From positions 1-64,000 of IMG/VR virus record IMGVR_UViG_3300045919_000631: a stretch of DNA of 64,000 nt. One strand, written 5' to 3'. This DNA comes from a virus. Of this stretch, positions 56,028-64,000 are shown in pieces. Each line of letters begins with the position of its first letter. Position 1 is the first letter of the stretch. The notes under the pieces are model-generated. The model was not told the DNA's origin. It made no database searches and was given only the letters and a program-made list of their open reading frames with translations. The position numbers were made by a program, and so were the translations under genes.

Positions 56028-57944
56028 ATAATTAGCAGTAACGTCTTTAATATAAAATGGTGAGTGGCCAGAATACCCTACACCAAATTTAAGATTCGTT
56101 GGAATTGCGCTCAACGCAAGACCGGTATTGATTGATGTTACAAGATTATATTTGTTATTTTGCAGTGCATATACATCTATCTGCTGCATATAGCGGCGAA
56201 GGCCGACACGAACAGTTCTTTCAATACTATCAAGCCCGTAAAACGTTGCAGGATTAACTGCAGCAGATGAAATGTAATTAAAGTTTGTACCTGTTCTTAA
56301 TGCAATTTGACTTGGAATTAATCCTGTCAAGCCTGTTGTAAACGCTGCTATTGAATTTTTTTGACTAAAAGCACCAGTAACGTCAAATCCAAGTGCCATA
56401 TAAATTCCAGAAATTGATGATAATGGTGTTGATGTATTATTACCAACTGTGGTTAATCCTGGTCCGCATGCGCCACCAGTTAGTGTTTGAACATTGGCAT
56501 CTATAAAGAATACACTAAAACCATAAGTACTGATTGTTGAAAATCCTGTTGACAATAAATTGAAAGTGAACCCAATTGTAAAATCATAATTTGCTTTAAA
56601 TGCTGATACAAACAACATTGAGCTGCAATACAATGGATATGTCGGTGTCGGTGTTGGAGTCGGTGTAGGGGTTGGAGTCGGTGTCGGGGTCGGTGTTGGT
56701 GGGCATGGTACAACTAACTGATCACCGTTTTGAGCCAATAGTGGATCAGATAACTCATCTGTCAGTGGGCATACAGTTGGTGTAGGTGTGACAGATGGTG
56801 TTGGAGTAGGGGTCGGTGTAGGGGTCGGGGTATTAGTAGGAGTCGGAGTAGGGGTCGGTGTTGGAGTATTAGTAGGGGTCGGTGTAGGACTTAAAGGAGG
56901 TGTAGGTGTCGGCGTGGGGGTTGGAGTCGGTGTTGGAGTATTAGTTGGAAGCGGAGTCGGTGTAGGTGTCGGAGTAGGAACAAACGGAGTCGGTGTTGGA
57001 GTATTTGTTGGTACTGGTGTTGGAGTTGGAGTTGGTGTCGGAGTACCAGGTACTGGTGTTGGGGTAGGTGTTGGGGTAGGTGTATTAGTCGGTGGTGGAA
57101 CCGGAGTCGGTGTGGGCGTTGGGGTAGGTGTACTAAATACTGGTGTTGGAGTAGGTGTTGGAGTCGGTGTATTAGTTGGAGTGGGGGTTGGAGTCGGCGT
57201 GTTTGTGGGCGTCGCTGTTGGTGTGGGAGTAGGAGTCGGGGTATTAGTAGGGGTTGGAGTCGGTGTAGGTGTCGGAGGATCGGTATTAGCTGTAAACTCT
57301 AATAGAGCATCAGATAATATTGAAACGTCGGGGTTTTGTGAAAGAGATATACTCGTTGGAGTTATTGTAAAATTAGTTTTTGGATTACTAATTGTATCTC
57401 CATTGATATTAAAATTGGAACCAAAATAGATTCCACCTGACGTCATGTTCTTAGAATCAGCTGATGTTACCCAATCACCACTTCCAATACCATTAACGTT
57501 TGTACCTGCTAAAGCTAGGCCAAGTGGACCGCCAGGAATAGAACTTGATAATGTCCAACCTCTGTATGAACCATTTTGAAAAGTTGCGGTTCCTCCAATA
57601 ATATCAATAGAAAGATTGACTATTAAAAGAGTGGAGTCGATTGATCGACCAGCTGATGCTGTTATTGCAGATTTACCTGTTGGTAAAGTAACATCAGCAA
57701 ACATTGTTGTGCTGACACCATCACCAACAATACTGCCTTGTGATACACCATCAAAGTATAAAGTATACGCAACATCAGTTGGAATAGGTGTTCCAAAAGC
57801 ATATATTTTATAACGAATTGTGCTTCCAGCGCTATACCCAACTGTCATTATAGCACCAACAATATTGTTTAATGCTTGCGATAATGTTGAGGATGATATT
57901 GTACCAATACCCTCAATATGGTCAAATGTAGCTCTTGTTGACAT
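56019..57944 (-). CDS. Pro-Thr repeat (mucin-like) protein with C-terminal legume-lectin-like domain
   Basis: long (PT)n linker; GFSVFF...ALGFD...FGVGYSG. Confidence 0.8.
   Translation of the reverse strand: MSTRATFDHIEGIGTISSSTLSQALNNIVGAIMTVGYSAGSTIRYKIYAFGTPIPTDVAYTLYFDGVSQGSIVGDGVSTTMFADVTLPTGKSAITASAGRSIDSTLLIVNLSIDIIGGTATFQNGSYRGWTLSSSIPGGPLGLALAGTNVNGIGSGDWVTSADSKNMTSGGIYFGSNFNINGDTISNPKTNFTITPTSISLSQNPDVSILSDALLEFTANTDPPTPTPTPTPTNTPTPTPTPTATPTNTPTPTPTPTNTPTPTPTPTPVFSTPTPTPTPTPVPPPTNTPTPTPTPTPVPGTPTPTPTPTPVPTNTPTPTPFVPTPTPTPTPLPTNTPTPTPTPTPTPTPPLSPTPTPTNTPTPTPTPTPTNTPTPTPTPTPTPSVTPTPTVCPLTDELSDPLLAQNGDQLVVPCPPTPTPTPTPTPTPTPTPTPTYPLYCSSMLFVSAFKANYDFTIGFTFNLLSTGFSTISTYGFSVFFIDANVQTLTGGACGPGLTTVGNNTSTPLSSISGIYMALGFDVTGAFSQKNSIAAFTTGLTGLIPSQIALRTGTNFNYISSAAVNPATFYGLDSIERTVRVGLRRYMQQIDVYALQNNKYNLVTSINTGLALSAIPTNLKFGVGYSGHSPFYIKDVTANYLA
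56640..57276. repeat. low-complexity Pro-Thr codon repeat
   Basis: (ggNgt)n hexamer array with variable third positions. Confidence 0.9.
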
Positions 57945-57945
57945 A

Positions 57946-59757
57946 TTATTCTACAATGATATTATCAAGAATAGTCTTGTTGAACAAGAACGGAAATTTA
58001 AAATACGGCAGTTGAATATCAGTAGATTTCACTTGAATGTCTGTTGAATAGTTAGGATTAAACACCAGTAAAGTCAACCCACTTGAATTGATAACTAATC
58101 CATCGTCTAAAATTCTTCGCATACTATAATTTGCTACACCTGCAACGCTAAGGATTTGCGATACTAAATCACTCAAAGATACAAGCTGACCAAGCGTGCA
58201 ATTATCTGGAGCAAAATAGTTTTGAAAGATTGTATTCACACTATTTTTAATACTGTTTGAATCTACTCTAGCATCAGATGTCTTTGTTATTACTATGAAA
58301 GTTGTCTTTGCAATATCAGGAGTTAATGTCTCGCCGGATCCGGCTAATCCTAGCGTAAATGCTGTGTATATAGGATCTTGAGGCACAAGCTCCATATTTA
58401 GAGCTTTCAACGGATTCATTGTTGATATTATCGCGTTTTTTTGTGAATTTTGTAAAAAATACTGAGTGTTACTACTATCAACACTTTGGATGCGAGGTAC
58501 AGCAAAAATATAAACGTTGTTGTCTTGTCCAGCATGTGCAAAATTTACTTCATTTGACAAAAATCTAGGATCTCCGTTTGGTGATGCTAAACCTAGGTCG
58601 TAAAAGTATTTAATATAATTCTCTATAAATGAGTTATTATTAACTGCCTTAACATCAATTACAATGTTTGAAAAATTCTTTGATATAAAAGTCTTAAAAT
58701 CATCAGATGTCAGTAAACGATTTTGGCTAAAAAACGTCTTCGGAGAGTTTACTCTAATTTCATCAACTGTCTCTTTTTCTCTTGAAGATGAAGATGCGAG
58801 ATTATTTGAAAAGCTTATATTAGTTGCAAGATTAACGGAGATATAATTTAGTGTTGATGAAAATACGTCTGCAGATATCTTATTGAACTGAGGAGACTGA
58901 AAGAAATTAATTGTTTGGCCGTTTAATTGATTGGCTGATATAACACCAGATGCACCATCGCTTTGGAGATAATAAACATAAACTTGGTCATTTGTATTTA
59001 ATTTTTTGCCAAATACTCCGTTACCAAATTTAATTTCATAAAACTCGTTTTCGTTCAATCTAAGCTCATATTTTAAAGCATCTCCAGATTCTAAAAATAA
59101 AGAACTTGTCGGCACATACTCATTATATTTACCAGTTGTTGCATCAAGCACATATACTCCAAACCCTCCATCAATAAATAGTGGATTATTGGTTACAGTG
59201 TCTTTAACGACGACAGTTACTGTTTCCCAATTTTCACCTGTTGCAAACTGCGCAGGATACTCAATCCATTTGCCTTGTTTTAATAAATTTTCTTCATATA
59301 GCGTTGCCAGGTCTTCAGTTCCTGATAATGTCTTGCTGAAAGTTATATCGGATGGGAAAGAAAAATATATACCATTAACATCAAAAAACGAATATCTCGG
59401 GAGTGTGTATATACCAGTAGGAATATCTGATCCCGCTGTTGCCTCAAACGCTAAAAGCCCTGTTTGAAAACCTGTTGGCTTATAATTCATAAGCTTTACA
59501 AGTTTGTTCATATTCTCATATAAAGCTGCTTGGTCAAATTGAGCCTCTGCTCCTGTATTATTAAGATAGAACAAAAGATAGTGATAACTTAGTGCTATAA
59601 CATCCATTATAGCGCTGATATTACTCCCTTCAAAATTTTGATCAGTAAAGACCCCACCTTGCGTTAGCCTGTCTCTAATTAAACTTTTGAGCGTAAGTGC
59701 ATCAAAGGTTGCGTAACCGTTGCGTGGTAGTGTGAGATCTGTGAAAGTTGTTGCCAT
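57946..59757 (-). CDS. gp6: baseplate wedge subunit (T4 gp6-like)
   Basis: [43 protein letters not shown]. Confidence 0.9.
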   Translation of the reverse strand: MATTFTDLTLPRNGYATFDALTLKSLIRDRLTQGGVFTDQNFEGSNISAIMDVIALSYHYLLFYLNNTGAEAQFDQAALYENMNKLVKLMNYKPTGFQTGLLAFEATAGSDIPTGIYTLPRYSFFDVNGIYFSFPSDITFSKTLSGTEDLATLYEENLLKQGKWIEYPAQFATGENWETVTVVVKDTVTNNPLFIDGGFGVYVLDATTGKYNEYVPTSSLFLESGDALKYELRLNENEFYEIKFGNGVFGKKLNTNDQVYVYYLQSDGASGVISANQLNGQTINFFQSPQFNKISADVFSSTLNYISVNLATNISFSNNLASSSSREKETVDEIRVNSPKTFFSQNRLLTSDDFKTFISKNFSNIVIDVKAVNNNSFIENYIKYFYDLGLASPNGDPRFLSNEVNFAHAGQDNNVYIFAVPRIQSVDSSNTQYFLQNSQKNAIISTMNPLKALNMELVPQDPIYTAFTLGLAGSGETLTPDIAKTTFIVITKTSDARVDSNSIKNSVNTIFQNYFAPDNCTLGQLVSLSDLVSQILSVAGVANYSMRRILDDGLVINSSGLTLLVFNPNYSTDIQVKSTDIQLPYFKFPFLFNKTILDNIIVE

Positions 59758-59760
59758 TTG

Positions 59761-60240
59761 TTAATTTTTGAAGAAGCCTGTTTTATCTAAAGTACCTTTA
59801 AAGCTTACTTGCTCAGTACTAAAAGAAGGGACACTTATATTAAAAGTTATTGTATATGATTGATTTTCTGAGTCAGGAGAAACATCAATGTTAATTATAT
59901 TTACACGTGGTTCAAATTTTTGAACATTTTCAAATATTGTCGTACCTATGATTCGAGCCCGTGCGTCACTTACTGGAGCAAATAAAATATCTCCAAAATT
60001 AGCACCAAAAATGGGATTTAAGGGTTTTTGTCCAGGCGATGTTGTTATTATATTAATAATGCTGTTAAATATTGCACCGAGGTTGTTATTTACAATTACA
60101 TCTGTTACTTGCTGCTTCTTATAAAGTTGATTGTTAAATGTTAGCCCTAATGTTAAATCAAGCTGCAAATCTGTATAAGTCTTAGCATTGCCTCTGCTAG
60201 GATTTATATTGTTTAAGATATCGAGCTTTAGGTTAGCCAT
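59761..60240 (-). CDS. gp25: baseplate wedge subunit (T4 gp25-like)
   Basis: NIITTSPGQKPLNPIFG, FEPRV. Confidence 0.9.
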   Translation of the reverse strand: MANLKLDILNNINPSRGNAKTYTDLQLDLTLGLTFNNQLYKKQQVTDVIVNNNLGAIFNSIINIITTSPGQKPLNPIFGANFGDILFAPVSDARARIIGTTIFENVQKFEPRVNIINIDVSPDSENQSYTITFNISVPSFSTEQVSFKGTLDKTGFFKN

Positions 60241-60290
60241 GGCATAATTATTTAGGCCTAGAACAGAAAATCACAAAGAGAGACTAAATA

Positions 60291-60890
60291 ATGATAATGC
60301 AACGTAAATTTTTAACTTTGGTCGAGAACTCAATAGCTCGCTTTAGCAATGGCGGGTTTCTAGTGGGTGATGTTGTTAAATTTGCTCCTAGTTTTAAGAG
60401 CAAAGAGTCCTTTAAAGAGCTTACCGATGATGTCAAAAAGTATATTACAGACTTCATGAAGACTGATAAGCCTTTACGTGTTGTTGATATCGTCACAAGC
60501 AAATTAACACCTGGACCAGGCAACAGCGATAATCGCGGTGCAAAGTTTTCTGTCGTGCTAGCAACCGAATTAGCGCCAGGTAGTTTTGATTTACAGAACA
60601 AAGTTACAGTGCCAGGTGATTTGTTAATTGCTGACAACCCATATCCAAATTTACCTCCAATTGCAAATAGTCTCCGTAAAAAAGAGAAAATTAATTTAAA
60701 GCCAGTAAAACCTGAAGAGGATGAAGAGGTTGTCAACGCACCATATGACCAAACTCTTCAGAGTCAAATTGGAGACACTGTAAAACGTGGAGACCGGTCA
60801 CTTGGAAATGTTAATGTTAAGATCCCATCCAAGTCGGTCAAAACGCCGATGACTGCAGGTAGCTATACTAAGATGTATGTTGGTGGCTAA
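60291..60890 (+). CDS. hypothetical late protein
   Basis: 199 aa, TAAATA upstream, GGFLVGDVVK. Confidence 0.7.
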   Translation: MIMQRKFLTLVENSIARFSNGGFLVGDVVKFAPSFKSKESFKELTDDVKKYITDFMKTDKPLRVVDIVTSKLTPGPGNSDNRGAKFSVVLATELAPGSFDLQNKVTVPGDLLIADNPYPNLPPIANSLRKKEKINLKPVKPEEDEEVVNAPYDQTLQSQIGDTVKRGDRSLGNVNVKIPSKSVKTPMTAGSYTKMYVGG

Positions 60891-61807
60891 GCCAACTTTT
60901 GTAGAGCTAACATACAAGCAAAAGAATTAATTTCTTTGTCAGCCACAAAAACATCTCTATAAAGATGTTCACTAATAACTGAGATCAAATCAGGTTTAAT
61001 AACTGAATTAATTTTGCTATCATTGTAAATGAAGTTCAAAAATTGGCGAAGTAGGCTGCTATAATCACCTTGAAACCTTGATTCGTTTTCAATTAAAAAC
61101 TTTCTTAGCTCTAGAGCTTTCTTATCCGCTAAGAACTTCCAAACACTAGCAAGCATTTCTGTATCTCCTATTTCGTTTGAAAGATTTAGAGTGCCGCTAA
61201 CGCTATATCTTTGCAAACCACTGAGAACCTTGCGAATATCAGGGTAACAGTTTTTAATGTATTGGACAAGCAATCTCTTTTGACTTTCAGGGATTACTAT
61301 TTTCTCTTTGTTAAGAACATCGACTGCACGTGATAAAACACCTTGAATTGGTGGAGTTAAATCGAATGCTTGAGCTCTGCTTTGCAAGGCTAACATTATC
61401 TTATGTTTAAAATTAGCTGTAAAGATAAAGCGTGTAAAGTTCTGATACTCCTCAACAGTATTGCGAAGTGCTCGTTGTGCGTCAATTGATAGCCCATCAC
61501 ATTCATCTAATATAACAACTTTTAATGCGCCATCAATGCTTTTTGTCTGAGCGAAGTTAGTTACCTTGTTTCTAATCGTATCGATGCCATTTTCATCAGA
61601 AGCGTTAATATAAAGATACTGGCATTTGAGTATGTCTTGAACAATAACTCGTGCAAGTGTTGTCTTACCAATACCTGACGGACCCACAAAGATAAAATGT
61701 GGTATGTCACCTTTTAACGAAGAGAAATATGCTCTATTATCTGGAGATAAAATAATATCATTAAGCGTTTTAGGCTTATGACGTTCTTGCCATAATGTTT
61801 CGAACAT
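60887..61807 (-). CDS. gp44: sliding-clamp loader large subunit (T4 gp44/RFC-like)
   Basis: LWQERHKPKT, GPSGIGKTT, INASDE, ILDECD, AQRALR. Confidence 0.93.
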   Translation of the reverse strand: MFETLWQERHKPKTLNDIILSPDNRAYFSSLKGDIPHFIFVGPSGIGKTTLARVIVQDILKCQYLYINASDENGIDTIRNKVTNFAQTKSIDGALKVVILDECDGLSIDAQRALRNTVEEYQNFTRFIFTANFKHKIMLALQSRAQAFDLTPPIQGVLSRAVDVLNKEKIVIPESQKRLLVQYIKNCYPDIRKVLSGLQRYSVSGTLNLSNEIGDTEMLASVWKFLADKKALELRKFLIENESRFQGDYSSLLRQFLNFIYNDSKINSVIKPDLISVISEHLYRDVFVADKEINSFACMLALQKLA

Positions 61808-61808
61808 A

Positions 61809-62258
61809 TTATTTCTTATCTGATGATCCAAAACCTTTTTCGCCTCGAGCTGTTTCAGTTACTTCAGTTGCCCAATCAACGTTGGCCTGGATTAGTGGGT
61901 ATACAATAATTTGTGCAATTTTATTGCCTTTTGTCACTTGATATGGAATATCACTTTGATTATACAACTTAATGCCCATATTTCCGCGATATGGATTATC
62001 TATAATTCCAAAATGTGGCTGTACTCCAAACTTAAATCCAAGACCTGAACGGCCTTCTACGCGAAACCAATAACCTGGTGTGATATACGCCAGTTGCAGG
62101 CCGACATCAACGATACCACTTCCTCTTGCATCAATAAGTTTGTCTTCTACTGCAACTAAATCCAATCCACTATCTCCGATATATGGGTCTGAATGATTAT
62201 AAGCAGGGAGCATTGCATCTGGATGTGTCTTTACGAATTTAATTGTTACTGGAAACAT
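61809..62258 (-). CDS. dut: dUTPase
   Basis: DSGLDL, GRSGL, GIIDNPYRG, KIAQ, RGEKGFGSS. Confidence 0.95.
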   Translation of the reverse strand: MFPVTIKFVKTHPDAMLPAYNHSDPYIGDSGLDLVAVEDKLIDARGSGIVDVGLQLAYITPGYWFRVEGRSGLGFKFGVQPHFGIIDNPYRGNMGIKLYNQSDIPYQVTKGNKIAQIIVYPLIQANVDWATEVTETARGEKGFGSSDKK

Positions 62259-62317
62259 ATATTTCACATTATAGAAGTTAGAACTATTAAATCAAGAAGA
62301 TATAATAAGTAATTAAG

Positions 62318-62812
62318 ATGGAAGCACAAAACAAAGATATCAGTAATACCAATATTAGCGATACCGTTAATCAGCTTGTGGCTCAACTTCAGGCACCAGC
62401 TGGGAGAAAAGATGAAAAAGAGTTCTCTCTTAAAAGAGAAGAGCTTGAAGACTTTATTATTCAGCAATCAGGGCAACTTGTAAAAGGGAGTGTTGAATTT
62501 ATTGAAGAGCTAAAAGAAATGCTCGTTTCTGCCCCAGAGGCAAAAGACGTTGAAGCTTTGTCTAAGTATGTCGCAGCTACTGCAGCAGCTATAGAGAGTT
62601 TAAATAAAGTTTACACTGCTAATAAGACTGAAGCTTTAAAGATAAAACTCAAAAACATGGATATTGAGAGTAAGAAGCAGCTACAATCAGCAGATATTGG
62701 AAGCCGACTTGTTATGAATAGAGAAGAAATTCTTAAACGGCTTATTGATGATGCAAAGCTTATTGAAGCAGAGGTTACGACAGTATCTCCATCGTTGACT
62801 TCTCGATCTTAA
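62318..62812 (+). CDS. hypothetical helical protein
   Basis: 164-aa ORF. Confidence 0.65.
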   Translation: MEAQNKDISNTNISDTVNQLVAQLQAPAGRKDEKEFSLKREELEDFIIQQSGQLVKGSVEFIEELKEMLVSAPEAKDVEALSKYVAATAAAIESLNKVYTANKTEALKIKLKNMDIESKKQLQSADIGSRLVMNREEILKRLIDDAKLIEAEVTTVSPSLTSRS

Positions 62813-63662
62813 CAATTTCGTCTTTAAACGCATCAACTTTTACCTGCAGATGTTCCATATCAGTCAAGGTAAACTTAAAAAGAATTGCTTTGCGGTTAGG
62901 GTCTAAATCTTTTGGATTTATTTGTTTGAAGAAAGATATGAAATCGCTCAAGTCACCGAGAACACTCTTGAGTAAATTTAGTATCTGTAGCTGATTTACA
63001 ATTGCTCGATTATAATATAGGATATCAGTTACTAAATTAGTGCCATGAGCTGTTTTAGCTGTGTTCACATTTACATCAACTTGCAAGCCACTAAGACCAC
63101 GCTTTAAAAGGGTGTCAGTATAGTAACTAAATGTTTTTAGCACCTTTAATTCATTTTGAGAAATTTTGTTATATAGTGATGCTGATATTCCGACCGGTAA
63201 AAAATATTGTTTACTGTATGTATCGTAGTATGGAGATGTGTTATTATCAAGCACACATATAGTATTTGCTATATCCCCTGTATCATCAGAAAATTGTTTG
63301 AAATAGACGTTATTGTTGATAGCTGACTGAACACGAACCTGGAACTGTTCAGACATTGCAAAATATTTCTCAATGAAAAATAATTTAAACGAATCATCAA
63401 GCTGTTTTTCACCGGCGGGATTTCCAAAAGCATCAAAATTAGGAACAGTGAAATTGGCATCGTTTAATGTTGCAAATAAGCCACCAACTGAACTCAACAT
63501 ATCATAGGAACTATTAGCTTTAGCAAACTCAATGCACTGATTAATTTCAGCAATATATGTTCCCATAGCTGAAAGTATGTTGGTGCTTGAGTTGTAAAAG
63601 GAAATGCTAGTTGCTTCTACAATATTAACGTAGTCAGGAAGAAGTGTTTGCTTATAGGACAT
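62775..63662 (-). CDS. hypothetical protein
   Basis: 295-aa ORF. Confidence 0.65.
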   Translation of the reverse strand: MSYKQTLLPDYVNIVEATSISFYNSSTNILSAMGTYIAEINQCIEFAKANSSYDMLSSVGGLFATLNDANFTVPNFDAFGNPAGEKQLDDSFKLFFIEKYFAMSEQFQVRVQSAINNNVYFKQFSDDTGDIANTICVLDNNTSPYYDTYSKQYFLPVGISASLYNKISQNELKVLKTFSYYTDTLLKRGLSGLQVDVNVNTAKTAHGTNLVTDILYYNRAIVNQLQILNLLKSVLGDLSDFISFFKQINPKDLDPNRKAILFKFTLTDMEHLQVKVDAFKDEIVKIEKSTMEILS

Positions 63663-64000
63663 TTTCGTTAAATTTAAGATCTGTGAAGTCGTACGTTTTT
63701 ACTGCAATAATTTTGTTAACAAAATCAGTGTCATCAATAAAATGATATTCAATACCAATTATATAATATATTCCAAGGAACTTATTATCGAAATCGTTGT
63801 CGATGTATTCACCTCTACGATCAACGCTAATAAATTTGCTAGTGTCTCTATGCATTGATCCACCAACAATTATTTCTACACCTAGGTTTAAAGCTAAAGC
63901 ATCTCTTAATAACTGATTTCGGCCAAATGATAAATGTGAATATGATTCAAATTTTGGGTATGTTGCAAAAACATTTTTAGAAGCATAATTTAACTTTTGA
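63652..64000 (-). CDS. C-terminus of a possible baseplate hub protein (partial)
   Basis: frame open to the window edge; LGIYYIIGIEYHF resembles hub C-termini. Confidence 0.4.
   Translation of the reverse strand, partial: QKLNYASKNVFATYPKFESYSHLSFGRNQLLRDALALNLGVEIIVGGSMHRDTSKFISVDRRGEYIDNDFDNKFLGIYYIIGIEYHFIDDTDFVNKIIAVKTYDFTDLKFNENVL

Noticed and set aside
56788-57429. 213-aa Gly-Val repeat ORF on the plus strand
   Set aside because: Antisense shadow of the Pro-Thr repeat.
1-64000. Stop-codon reassignment
   Set aside because: Conserved genes are intact in the standard code and end in TAA, TAG or TGA; no canonical suppressor tRNA was found.

Overview
A 64-kb segment of a large, AT-rich T4-like myovirus genome. 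The first ~33.5 kb is mostly minus-strand accessory DNA. It holds a DNA ligase N-terminus, an SPFH protein, an NAD+ reconstitution-type operon (PRPP-synthetase-like, NDT-like, NADAR, NAMPT-like) and a heme oxygenase plus bilin reductase cassette. It also holds an outer-membrane beta-barrel, homing endonucleases and a very large RNA array: 33 tRNAs covering all 20 amino acids, a tmRNA, and many unexplained tRNA-like RNAs. From 33.5 to 64 kb lie virion genes (fibres, baseplate gp6 and gp25), a clamp loader and dUTPase. The strongest candidate for a new system sits at the head of the RNA array. A 29-codon leader peptide uses 18 amino acids and 25 different codons, and its stop codon lies inside the antiterminator strand of an A:B/B:C attenuator, so it looks like a general translation-stress sensor. 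Downstream lie circularly permuted (Y-RNA-like) tRNA mimics, a two-headed tRNA-like RNA and CCA-ended minihelices. Other highlights are a stand-alone PEP-CTERM microprotein missed by the ORF track and a GGAAC-N5-TAnAAT promoter family driving apparently leaderless mRNAs. All calls were made by eye, with no database searches; the host (Gram-negative, probably PEP-CTERM-using) is inferred.
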